Made by a program: the position numbers and the translations under genes. A DNA stretch of 63,216 bases, filler included, from Choristocarpus tenellus KU-1152 (Eukaryota; Protista; Phaeophyceae): assembly GCA_964200185.2 (NCBI GenBank). It is 15 parts of 15 records of this genome, joined end to end, with 100 filler letters (N's around TTAATTAATTAA, not from the genome) between each part and the next. Parts side by side here need not be neighbours in the genome. Positions count along the whole stretch, not along the records: positions 50,588 to 60,015 come from CAXNAD020003681.1; positions 60,116 to 63,216 come from CAXNAD020022320.1; 13 more parts are not named here. One strand, 5' to 3'. Under the pieces are notes generated by a model that made no database searches, had not been told where the DNA came from, and saw only the letters and a list, made by a program, of their open reading frames with translations. Shown in pieces: positions 51,876 through 63,216 of this stretch; the first letter of the stretch is position 1; each line of letters opens with the position of its first letter.

Positions 51876-54800
51876 ATGGCATCCCAAGAAAGTATTTCGC
51901 CAGCGGACTACAAGGTCATTTTGCGGCGTCGGGCTCTGGCACGGCAGGACCAACTACAGCGCCTGAATCACATCGTAGCCGACAGCTCAATGGGTCGTAA
52001 GGAAGGGCCCTGTCAAATGAAGAATTCAATGCTTCCACAAGATCAAACGCTACTTTTAACAGAGGTGAGACCCTAGATCTTGGGGTCACATGACCAGTGT
52101 TTTATGTACCTTTTTTTCCACACCTAGCTCATTTCCCATGCGGGATGTACACTGACATTGTGGTAGTGGCAGGGGATGAGCAGGACGTATTCCCCAACCT
52201 CTAAATATTGATGGTAGAGGAATAATCTGGTGAAGCTGGTTGCATAGTGGAATTTACGGAGGGACGAGAGTGAGGACATTGTCGTGGCTGCAGTCTGATT
52301 CAACTACCAAGCAGCAGCATTTGACGAAACTTTGGTAAGACCGACCAACCGACCAAAGGTCAACCATTGCGGAAAGATGCAAATGGGTCAACACACCCTT
52401 TTCGGTTAAATATACATCACAAAATATGTTGGTATCGGAGACCTTCGCTCTCTTTATTTCACTTCTTGCTGTCATCCAGGCTGGAGGCGAATGTCGTAAG
52501 GTCGGGAAACTCCAAGGACCACTATGCTCTCATGATAAAAATAGCCAGATTCTGGGAGAAGGTGACCGCAATGGTGACGATTGCCGTGAAACATGGAATT
52601 CAAGGTTGATTGCTAGGCATGAGGAATCTCGCTGCTCGGTGAATGATGTGGACATGCCTGGCATGTCCAACACACTGTCGGAGGTGTTACACATCCCAAA
52701 CTGGAGCCGTCAACCTGGAGAAACGAGCATTTCCCATGCTGTTAGGCTCTACTTTTTTCATTTGGATGGCTCTGCGAGCCACGAGGACAACTGCAAAAAC
52801 GTTTTGAGAGAGGTTTGTTCAACTACTCCCTCCACAACTAAACAATACTCCCCTGAGATACTTTTTCAAAAAATATTTCCTGAAGTGGGCAATATGTACC
52901 GAAACAGGGACCCTGGGTACTGGGGAATCTATGCGCTTGCTATGTAGACAACTAATGAATCAAAATTGCATGAGTACTAGGGTTAGTTGTTCCATTCACA
53001 TCCTGTGCCAAGTCCAATGCTTGAATAATCACCTGTGCTGGACTGTAACATGTTTATTTTGATTTCTCCTCCCATGAGGTGCAGCTTTGGGTGAGGTTTT
53101 GCTTTCATTTGCAGCAACAAGTTGAGTGTTAGACGACAATACCCAGTTGAAAACCCTTAGGAGTCATTATCGTGAAAGGAAGTGCACCTTTCATTATCTT
53201 CAAATTTGCACCATACCCTGTGCTATAACCCTTGACAGCTCTACTTCCTAGACTCTTTTACTGTGTACCTTGTATTTCCAGCCAAGAATCAATGTACAGA
53301 GTGCCGTTATAAGGGTCCATTTCACTCTGTACATTAGACATTTTTTTGGGATGGGTAATTTGACTACATTCAGAGCAACATATATCTCGAATGATGAAGG
53401 GTTAGGGTTAGGGTTGAGATCCAAGCGTGATATGTGGTATCCATTGACTTGTGCTGTCTACTTTTCTATTGTGGTAGAAGGCTTAGGGTTAGGGTTTGGT
53501 GTGACTAGGGTGCGAGTGTTTATCTTCTGTGTTGCTTGCCACAAGGTCACTTGGGAGAGGTGTGGCAATGTCTCACACTAGATGTGGCAGTATTGACAAA
53601 GATAAATTGTTGATAGTGGGAATTATTGACAAAGATAAATTGTTGTGAGACGCCAAAGCAGTCTCAGCTTGATGTGAAAATATTCTCTTAAGTATGAGGT
53701 AATGAGGTCATTTTTCACTCTCTTTGTAGTTGCCTTCAACACGAATGCTGGTTTTTCCTAACCCTAACCCTAACCCTAACCCTAATCCTAAGGTTTTCCC
53801 CTTGTACTCCATGGAAGAACTTCAAAAAGGTGCATTACATTTGTCATGTTGAGATTTAGTTATCATTTTTGCTGTGTGCCTTTCATCCTTTTTCTTTCAC
53901 AAGAAGTTGAATTTATAATAGTAGAACGCTTACCTCCTCCCATGATAAAAGAATACCATGTCACTGGTGAGTTATGCTTTGCAAGGGAAGGCGGGGGGGT
54001 TGTGGTGGAATGTGCAAGTTGTAGCCATTTTTTTTTCCAGGTTGTTTTACCTTCTGTAATCCCTTCCATTGCCACATCAGTGCTGCTTGGACAGATCTAT
54101 CTCTCTATTTGATGCTTACGTGGAGACTTGATGGCTTGGATAGACAGCATAGTTGAGAGAACTGAGAACTGAGATGGTTTGTAGAAATCTGTTGTCTATT
54201 GTCACATTGATTGGTAGTAGGTGGCAATAATAGCATGTCTTATTGTTATTAGGAAGGCAGAACCCTGTATTGTCCAAATCCACATTCCACTGGAGTGATC
54301 TATTCATACACTGACGAAGTCGTTTGAATTTTTTGTTTTGTACCTCATTTCAATACATTCTTGAGGGTTTGGGTTACTTTTTTAATATATATTCTTGTCT
54401 TCGCCTTAGCCCAGGGGCCAGCCCAATCCATGGTCAGAGGCACTACACACTGCGCTGCTTCTCAAATTTGTATCTGTTATCTGTTTCACTACCTCACTAG
54501 CACTGCCTGTACTGCCTCTAGTTGTGCCTTGTATCCAAAGTGGTTAGCTAACCCTAACGCTATCCCTAACCCTACAACTCTCTCTTTCTAGACCACTCAC
54601 CGAAGTGAATTTACTCCCTGAATTTACCTTCTGTGTTCATCTGCACCTGTGTGACATCTGCACCTGTGTGACATCTGCACCTGTGTGACAGATTCTGGAG
54701 CATGTAGCCGTGGAGGAGCTCGATGTGCCAACTTTGAGGATGCGTCACCTGATTAAGGTTAGGGTTATAGGGTTAGGGTTGCTTTATTGCAGCTGGGAAA

Positions 54801-57800
54801 ACCTTCACTTCACCTTCTGGAATTTCTATCATGCTGAATGCATATTACATTGATGAGTGTGTTCATGTTCCTGTTCATGTTCCTGTTCATGTTCCTGTTC
54901 ATGTTCCTGTTCATGTTCATGTTCATGTTCCTCGCTACGACTGTGATTTCATTGCTCTGTATTGGATGTCTGTCTCTGTTTTGGATGTCTGTCTCTGTTT
55001 TGGATGTCTGTCTCTGTTTTGGATGTCTGTCTCTGTTTTGGATGTCTGCCTGTCTCTGTAGATTGAGGCGTTTTTGCGGGCTACGACTCTGTGTGTACCA
55101 CATCAACCACATCAATCCTGTCAATCCTGTCAATCCTGGCAATCCTGGCAACAATATGTGCGTGGAGCATTGTCCACTCCACCGGCAATGGATACAAAAA
55201 CCAAGGTGTGGAAGGCGTGTTTTGAGGCGATTACCAAGCGATAAGCACATGCACTGCTTTTTACTGTCAGTGTTAGGGTGTGTTAAGGTCAGGGTTAGGG
55301 TTTTGCACCTCTCTTGTGCGTCTATGTTAAGAAAAAATAATACGCAAATTGTTTACTGCAGTTGAGGATGCTGGGGTATGTACCTCTGTCTTGGTATAAA
55401 CTGTAGTGTGTTAATGTTACCCTATCCCTAACCCTAATTCTAGAATGATATTAGGATAGTATGGTAATGATAGTATGGTAATGGGTGACATCTGGAATTG
55501 AGTGTGTGACTGTGTGTGTGCCTGTTGACTTGTGTGTTTGCCAGGTCTGGCAGCAAATAAGTAAGGCTGAACTCGAATTTCGTATAGGCTTGTTTGTTGG
55601 CATGCTCAGGGCAGAGAGGCAGGGGAAGGAGGAGGTGGATGCAGCGGTGAGTGACTAGCTTTAAGCATGTACTTTTCCTTGCAGCAGATAAGGCATTTTC
55701 TGGTAGCATTCATAGGACGGACACCTGACAAGAGATGGATTTTGCTTGAATTTGATTGGTCATGTTCCATGTTGTAAAGATACTCTTTTGCTACAAATTC
55801 TCCCAGGCATATTTGCTTACATAATGTGTGTTAGGGTTAGGTTTGTTATCATAGTTTGACCATGATTTATTGTGGAGGGTTGGGGTGGTGTGTCCTAACC
55901 CTATTGAGACTAGTTAACCAATACCACTGAGTTTTATGAGGTCCTCTGACTTTCTAGTGTCACATGCCCTCAGAGGGCATAGTCCACGGCTGTGGTTAGG
56001 ATTAGGGTTAGGTTAGTGCGGAGTGCGTTTTGTTTATTGGTTAGGGTTAGGGTTAGGGTTAGGTTATCTATAGTCTATTATCTATAACCTATAATCTTTA
56101 CCGAGGCAAGTTATCTTTACCAATGTCCTTTTTTTTAATGTCTTCTTCTATCAGATTTAAATTGAAAATACCCTTGAAACTCAGTATGGTCAAACTTAAT
56201 ATAGTCAAACTCAATATAGTCAAACTTAATATGGTCAAACTCAATATAGTCAAACTTAATATAGTCACGATCTTTCCCCCTCTCCGTTCCCCCTCAATCA
56301 ATATTTTGTTGCAGCCCCTGCTGTTTCATGAAAGATCCGTGACTGTTTAGCATAACCCTAACCCTAACCTATTCTTGGCAAACAACAAATCTCTTACCTT
56401 TTGCAATGGGAGTATGCCCCACTGTCACTCACAAACTTACTGCCTTTTTTCCTTTGATGTATTGGTGAGAGTATTTACAGTTGGACTCTATACGAGTGGA
56501 AGTATTGGTGAGAGGTTATACTGCCAACGCAAGGGAGATCTTGCCCATGCAACGTCCTGCAAGAACAATTCTCCCCCCCCTCCTGTTCTGCATGGCATGC
56601 GAACTCCTGACTGTGCGGATGCTGGGTCCTGAGGTTAGCTTAGTGTGTGTTGTAGTGTGGAGAAAGTCCCTGAGGATGACCATGGTACTTAGAGCATGTT
56701 GACAATTGTGTAGTATTGTATAGAAAATGTATAGTATAGAAGTACTTGTTTCAATTCCTGTGCTGTGTACTTGCCACCTTGAAGAAGTTTGCATCTTTGC
56801 AGGAGAGGAGATGCCGTGGTTAGGGTTGGTATGTTCCTTGTTTGATTCTGGGTGAGTGAAAGTGTTAGGGTTAGGGTCTATGGATGATGTAGTCTGAACT
56901 TAGTGTTAGGGTTAGTGTCTGTGGATGATGTAGTCTGAACTTAGGGTTAGGGTTAAGGTCTATGGATGATGTAGTCTGAACTTAGGGTTAGGGTCTGTGG
57001 ATGATGTAGTCTGAACCTTTTCGTGTTAGTCCAGTCTGGCACACTGTACAGTATACAATATACAATATTCAACATCAAATATTCATTATTCAATATACAG
57101 TATACAGTATTCAAGATGATTGTTGACGTTAGTCATTTGAGCAGTTGGTATCTGATTTGTACACTGAGCTCGTGTCCTATTTCTAGGTTATTTCTAGGTT
57201 ATGTCAACACTGACAATTGAATGTTGGCATTTGCACCTGTGAGCGTTTTATTTCAAGAATGGTGTGATCCCAAAGTGCCCAATGTTGACACTTGACAAGA
57301 TGTTTTTGGGTTAGTTCTTTGAGCTGGATATGGTTGTGAGCAGTAATGACCTATTAATTGGCTGGTGATGAAACCTGTTCAAATTGCCATGTTCATATCC
57401 CTTGATAGGTAAGGGATAGGGCTTCTCACATGTCTTATTGTCAAGTAGTATCCAAGGATAAATTGGGAACATGTGAATCCAAGGTACAGATGATCTTGAG
57501 GTATAGCCTTTCATCCCTCTGTTGACATCCCTGTCGAAGAAATGCACTGCTATAATCTCTCTTGAATCTCTATTGTTCCTGCCATACCACCTTGACTTTG
57601 ACTTCATAATATCATCCCGTTGAGATATGTTCCTCTGTCATTTTTATACAAGTGGAGCTCTCATTGCATATTGGTTGGTGTTTCTGAGTGATGGTGAGGT
57701 AGGAGAGTAGGAACAGTGTGCACAAGAAGTATTGTTTGTAGAAAGATGATGACAGATGATGACAAGTACACAGCCTTTTTGTCACATCTCTGTCACAGTA

Positions 57801-59167
57801 CCATAGAATTGCCCTCCAGCCTCCCCCATCCCTTGAATATTTTTATTATAATTATTATGTTGCTATTGTTAGTGTTACTCTCAACCTCATTCCTTTATAT
57901 TTATCAAAAATTCAAAGTATCGTGACTGCCCACTGCTGGACAACTAACCCTAACCCTATCCCACTACTCCACGGCTAACCCTAACCCTCTGTCACCACTG
58001 GATGACTATCCCTTACCCTATCCCACTACTGCACGGCTAACCCTAACCCTCTCTCACCGCTGGACGACTGTCCCTAACCCTATCCCACTACTGCACGACT
58101 AACCCTAACCCTAGCTCACCACTGGACGACTATCCCTAACCCTATCCCACTACTGCGCGACTAACCCTAACCCTATCCCACTACTGTATGACTGCATAGG
58201 TGCGAAGTGCTGTTAGTAAGGTTGTTTCAGACTACGAAGCCCGTGCCAAGCTCTGGATGAACCCCTTGCAGAACTCAGATCAGTACCTCCGCCCTCTTGC
58301 ACACGAGTTTGTCACATGGTTGCGTCAAAACAGGGGCATGCTGTATCAGAGCAGTGCAACTGAAGGGTTGTTGAGGAGCATTGATAGGGAGTTAAGGACC
58401 ACCCTGAAGGGTCAGGTGTGTGTTTTACTCCTTGTGGTTTTTCCCGCTAGTATTGTGTCTCACCTTAGGGTTAGGGTTAGTCTCATCTTACCTTGCTTGC
58501 TTATGTTGGACACTGCTTTGTGATCCTATGAATGGTCTCTTGTTCGCAATTGCAAGTATGTGCTCTGCACGATCATATCCTTATTAGTGCAAATATCCAT
58601 GAGCCATTATCTTTGGTTAGGGTTAGGGTTAGGGTTAGGTCATTGTTCCCATTTCTGGTTGGATCCTGCTTGGAGAGTTACTTAAGTTAATTGTGTGGTA
58701 TATCTCACATGTTGTATTTCATGTAGGCGTGGCATCATCAATCATGGGCCATAGCCAAGAGACAGCAATTTTGTTTGGGGTGTGAGGTGAGGTTGTACCT
58801 GTACATAAGTACATAATGTGCACAGTAAATGCCAACAGTCCCTCCCTGTGTAACATTTCCTGTTCCCCTTCTATTGCTGAAATTTCTAATTTTCTTCTTT
58901 GGAAACAAATTACCAATGGTGTTTTCTAGACATCGTTTTTTACACACTACACAATACACACAGAATCTAAAAAAAAAAAAAAAAACAAGTTGTTCATGCC
59001 CTAACCCTAACCCTAGCTGTCTATTTATTTTTTTGTTTTAGGTGTATGAATCTCCTCACCATTTCTTGTTGGTGTTGAGGTCTCTCAAGGACCGTCTGAC
59101 AGACATGCCACTCCCATCGTACAATCCCTCCTGTGGGGATGAAGATCACCCATTCAATGTCACTCAG
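51876..59167 (+). CDS. Multi-exon hypothetical protein; exons 51876-52064, 52480-52812, 54692-54757, 55062-55205, 55545-55646, 56481-56633, 58200-58415, 59042-59167; 3' end missing
   Basis: All junctions are GT-AG and phase 0, and the joined frame is open: ...NVLRE|ILEHVAVEELDVPTLRMRHLIK|IEAFLRA...|VWQQISKAELEFRIGLF...|LDSIRVEVLVRGY...GPE|VRSAVSKVVSDYEA...KGQ|VYESPHHFLL. The first two exons are less certain. Confidence 0.7.
54638..55050 (+). repeat. Intronic short tandem repeats: 17-bp CATCTGCACCTGTGTGA x3, 12-bp GTTCATGTTCCT array, 19-bp TGTCTCTGTTTTGGATGTC array
   Basis: Directly visible. Confidence 0.9.
56177..56267 (+). repeat. 15-bp tandem repeat AAACT(C/T)AATAT(A/G)GTC x6
   Basis: Directly visible. 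Confidence 0.9.
56863..57016 (+). repeat. Minisatellite (~35-40 bp x4): (GTTAGG)n + TCT(A/G)TGGATGATGTAGTCTGAAC
   Basis: Directly visible; G-strand telomeric hexamers in each unit. Confidence 0.9.
57930..58190 (+). repeat. Minisatellite (~62 bp x ~4) containing CTAACCCTAACCCT
   Basis: Units CCCACTACTGCACGGCTAACCCTAACCCT...CCACTGGACGACTATCCCTAACCCTAT end ~10 nt before the acceptor at 58199. Confidence 0.9.
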
Positions 59168-59966
59168 GTACATGCAAGTGTGGTGTGGTGTGAATACCAT
59201 ACTTAGGGTTAGGGGTTGAACAACAGGGAGTGTGGAAGAAGTGCCAGTTGCTTTGATCCTGGAATAGAGCATGGAGTTCCAACTAAGTTGAGGCGATCAC
59301 GATGGAGCTACAATAACCAAAACATGTACATGATGGGTGTACTTGAATTTTTCCATTGTTGTTGGGGACTTTGATAACTCTCAGCACTGAGTACTGACTA
59401 CTGGCTTACACATACTCCTAGTCAATCCAACAACATTACATAGAAAAAATCTGACTTCTTTTTTTTTGCACTCATCATGAATGGTTAGGGTTAGGGCTTC
59501 TCATGAGGTGGGAAATCGGTAATCAAATCAGGCAGGATAGGTTATGTCATTTGTACATGCAATATGTGTCTATTGTGTCACTCACTGGATGGGGCTCTTG
59601 TTAGTGTGTATGTTTACCCAGGTGGACAGCAATGATAAGAAACTGCATAGTAGTGATCGTTAAAAGATATTTTGCAAGGTTTAGGGTTGGTGAAGTTTTG
59701 ACTCAGTGTGCTTGTCCTTTGTCTTGTGGGTGAATTTGTCCCATTTGCACCAGACCCACTTGTCTCATTTGTCTACCCCAGTTTCTTGTGTTCTGATATG
59801 TGTGAATACTCCCTTCCTGCAACCTGTTCCCCTCTTACCCTCAACAGTTTTTGGTGTTGTGATAGTCTGGTTCTTCCTTTGTATCAGAGTGATGCATCCA
59901 ATACACTCTAACCCTAACCCTACTCTATAACAATATCTCAAGGTGATGTTCTTTCAACCCCCCCCC

Positions 59967-60015
<49 letters not shown>

Positions 60016-60115
60016 NNNNNNNNNNNNNNNNNNNNNNNNNNNNNNNNNNNNNNNNNNNNTTAATTAATTAANNNNNNNNNNNNNNNNNNNNNNNNNNNNN
60101 NNNNNNNNNNNNNNN

Positions 60116-60170
60116 GCCCCACAAATGGACAAACAGGGGAAAAAAAGTATCCTCTAAGATAGTTTCACTC
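60116..60170. mobile_element. MITE family A, partial
   Basis: AAATGGACAAACAGGG...CCTCTAAGATAGTTTCACTC. Confidence 0.8.
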
Positions 60171-60345
60171 ATTGATATTCCCTCTTTCCACACAAAAAGT
60201 AACACTATAATGAAGCAAAGACTCTTTCTACCATTGTACTAAATGACACCCTTTTGCCTTTTCTTGGGGTCCTTAAAATCCAGCCCTGCCTACCTCTTGA
60301 TTGATTTGGCTCATAAATCCATACTAGAAGTATATACTTTCTGAG

Positions 60346-60663
60346 CTACAAGCTGAATGACTCAGCCCTGGTCTGCAGCAATGGCATCAGCAACCCCATC
60401 TTTGGCAGGGGTGTTACCACCAGTGAAGGATACTGCGGTGGGAAGAGTGACTGGTGAAGTGCATGTGCCAAATCTGTTGCTGAGGAAGATATTTCTTCCT
60501 CAGTAGTCAATGCCCCCATCCACTTCACCCGTCAAATGAGAGCACAATCATCAGGCTGAGCATTCCTCCACTTTTCATTATTGAATATGTTAAGCATCCG
60601 AGCCATACTTGCCTACCCAGTGCAGCTCTTCAGGGTTTCACCAGTTCTTGCTCAGGTACTCAT
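60346..60663 (-). pseudogene. Pseudogenised copy of the MBD4-like last exon
   Basis: DEYLSKNW*NPEELHWVGKYGSDA*...KWRNAQPDDCALI*RVKWM parallels 61902-61740, with stops and a frameshift. Confidence 0.85.
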
Positions 60664-61483
60664 CTGACAGCCTGGGAATGGAGAGAGACATGGTTTGGGA
60701 TTTCTACACAGTTTGGTAGGACAGAAGAAAAACGGATATTATCTAGACATGGTACTTGTGAAAATAGTATTGTACACAAAAATTATTATAATTTCCATCT
60801 AGAGAGGTTCTCCTTGATTACACATAGTAGAACGCTTTGTGCAAACCATTTCAGGAACGAACATCGCGTTCTGGGTTAGATGTCGAGAGTCCTTACAACT
60901 TGTGCTTCAAACGAGACAAAAGTAGTGGGGGAAATGAAGGAGACCAAAGCCACAAGGCTCATATCACACCATAGGAGAGAATGCCAAAAAAGGGGTAAGG
61001 GGGTAAGGTGCACAACTTCTTCCAGTACTACAGAGATTGGAACACAAACAGACACAGCCGAGAAAAGAGTAGTGCTGACGGAGTACAGCTGCAGTTCCAG
61101 CGACGGATCAATTGTCAACAGCACAATCAACGAAGCACTTTGCCACAAGACGGAGAGTCGACCCCTCACCTAGAAAAGAATGCCGGGTCCTAATGTAGAA
61201 GAGGACTTCACTGTACAACAGGGCAACGAAAAAAAAAATCTAACCTGGTTATACTAGTGTGCTCTGTTTGGTTTTCATTTTCACCTTAGTCCTTGGGGAA
61301 AATCAACGAAGAGATGGAAGCGACCTATCGGGACAAACTAGCGCCAAGGAGGCACCAAAATAGACAAAAGCACAAAAAAACGCACCCGCACGAAAAGGAG
61401 GTAGGACGGTTTTGCTCGCAGAGATGCCGCACACCGAGACCCTCGGCAAAGTTTGGGCAGCCTCAAAACAGATCCACTGCTTC

Positions 61484-61902
61484 CTAGGTTAATTCCGCAC
61501 CCCATTCGAAGGATACAGAACCGCCAAGTCGATTAAGGCCACTCTCCGGAGGCGCTGTTTTTGAAAAGAAGCGACTTTCGCTCTTCACCCTGGCAGGCGA
61601 AGAGTTGCAGGCGCCGCCATTGGCACCGCCTGCTTGCACAGCAGGGACCGCACAAGAAGTAGAAGAAGGCACAACAGCAGGGGGTGGGGATGGGGTGGAG
61701 GCGGATCCACCAACTACAGAGCTGGATAATTCTCGTTCTAGGGCGACCCCGTGCATCCACTCTAGCCACCAGTTCAGGGCATGATCGTTGGGCTGCACAT
61801 CTCTCCATGCCCTTTCAACAAACATCTTGTATGCATCTGAACCATATTTTCCCACCCAGTGGAGTTCTTCTGGGTTTTTCCAGGACTTTTTCAGGTACTC
61901 AT
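61484..61902 (-). CDS. MBD4: Last exon of an MBD4-like HhH-GPD DNA glycosylase
   Basis: CAG|(D)EYLKKSWKNPEELHWVGKYGSDAYKMFVERAWRDVQPNDHALNWWLEW matches the MBD4 C-terminus ([28 protein letters not shown]...W..V.PEDHKLNKY..W). Upstream exons not found in the window. Confidence 0.85.
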
Positions 61903-62874
61903 CTGGATTAGCAGGTTAGGGTTAGGGTTAGGGTTAGGGATTCTTGGGTTGAGGTTTGGGTTGCGAGGACACACACCCCTCTGGTTTAAGGTGACTGTTC
62001 CATGATTTGACCCTACAATCCCAGTATGCTCCATTCTCGAAGGCACTACGGATCCTACATCTGCACTCTCCTATCTGTCGTTGTAACCACAAAGAAACGT
62101 GGGAGGCCCAAATGAGGCGGCAATTCACTGCCAAGTGACGCAGTGGGGAGTACACCACAAGATTCGAGGGAGGAAGGTGGGAGGAAGCAAGGAAGTACGA
62201 AATAGGGGGGGACGGCAGAGAGTACGTGCATTACAAAAAAGCATCAACAATCAATAGCACACTGCCTCAGGACCTAAGAACTCAGCTCAGCACTGCAAAA
62301 AACTGCAGCGCCTGGACAAAGCAACTTCTTGCACCAGAACACGAGAGAGTCCTTAACAGAGACACCACAAGGATCAATCGCCAATAGTTAGGGGGGTATA
62401 TCCATAGCCAAATCTAATAAAGGCGTAATGCACTTCATTTTCAGTAACGTGATTAACCACTTACATGTTTATATTCACAGCAAGTGGAAGAGTTGAGAGT
62501 TTTTGTGTCCACCAGCTCACCCACCAATATTTCAATAATATAGGCTTAGTTTAGGATCAAGAGTATCCTCCTCTTCATTTTTCCCACTTTAGAGCTTAAT
62601 TTGTTTCTTCTAGTGAGGGAGTCAAGGGGTGAGGAAATACATCCGGTGTCTATTCCTATGATTTTAAGTGCTGCAAGGTTATGGACATCTACTGCTGCAT
62701 TCATCAATAACATAGCAAATAGGAGGGTTGTGACACTTCTAGAGATCTCACATATCAAAAAGACTACCACCTCTGTTTGGAATTAAACCCAATGTAACTT
62801 TTACAGACCTGATGAAGAAGCAAGATTTTTTCCCCACAAGTTCATATTTTAGGGGTGTATTATTGTGCAGACAC

Positions 62875-63200
62875 TAAAAGGTTGCCCACCAAAATCTCAA
62901 GCAAAATGGGGCAGCCAACACCTATCTATGACTCTGCCCCCAAAGCCCTCCAAAAATTCATTACAGCATTTCACCACATCCACCGGGGCATTAGGAGGGA
63001 GCTCGGCTTCTTTCTCAGCCTTTTCCCTGCTAAGATGCTGAATTTTGAAAACGTTGTTACCCTTGGACCCCAGCACCCGATAGTGTGTCCTTCCGGCTTA
63101 CGTATGCGGGCCTTGATTGCCAGGATGACATCCTCCATCATGAGCTTCTTATACCTCTCCAAGTCCACCGTTACTGGCACAAGCGCATTGGTGCCCTTGG
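62875..63200 (-). mobile_element. Internally deleted mariner fragment, same family as 7500-8518
   Basis: VDLERYKKLMMEDVILAIKARIRKPEGHTI and the shared terminus ATTTTGGTGGGCAACC. Interrupted by a MITE terminus at 63201. Confidence 0.85.
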
Positions 63201-63216
63201 GGGTCAAAGTATCTGG

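Noticed and set aside
53757-53830. Micro-exon VFPLYSMEELQK after (CCCTAA)n-AG
   Set aside because: Its end phase does not fit the phase-0 flanking exons; omitted without transcript data.
54810-55365. Long ORFs with MFLF/HVPV/NRNM repeats
   Set aside because: Products of stop-free tandem repeats in an intron.
56880-57016. ATGATG...CTGA resembling C/D-box snoRNA
   Set aside because: The boxes are only ~4 nt apart inside a tandem repeat unit, leaving no room for a guide.
56863-58190. CRISPR-like appearance of the minisatellites
   Set aside because: No unique spacers, no cas genes, and an intronic eukaryotic context.
53399-59930. True chromosome end or telomere fusion
   Set aside because: Tracts are only 2-6 units, dispersed, and alternate orientation between exons.

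Overview
Eukaryotic, repeat-rich draft sequence made of 15 short contigs joined by 14 artificial 100-nt N-TTAATTAATTAA-N spacers, so adjacency across gaps is not biological evidence. Gene style, TTAGGG repeats and TE families suggest a stramenopile, probably a brown alga (inference). Most of the window is decayed transposons: Ty1/Copia and Ty3/Gypsy pieces, several copies of a CRE-like RLE non-LTR retrotransposon, DD39D-type mariner fragments, and about 25 ends or copies of MITE families sharing a GRGT(C/G)AAAGTATCT terminus with 4-bp TSDs (Sola2-like), plus a possible Sola2 transposase relic. Spliced host genes include an XRRA1-like LRR gene (3 exons), an 8-exon phase-0 hypothetical gene (51.9-59.2 kb), an MBD4-like glycosylase last exon with a pseudogenised tandem copy, and small exon sets (WD40-like, cytochrome-b5-like tail). 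The most striking unexplained pattern is that intronic telomere-type repeats are polarised relative to transcription. (GGGTTA)n sits toward the 5' splice site and its complement (TAACCC)n toward the 3' splice site, in 6 of 7 consecutive introns of the plus-strand gene, and the polarity flips on minus-strand genes. This suggests an intron-definition mechanism by RNA pairing or splice-signal mimicry.
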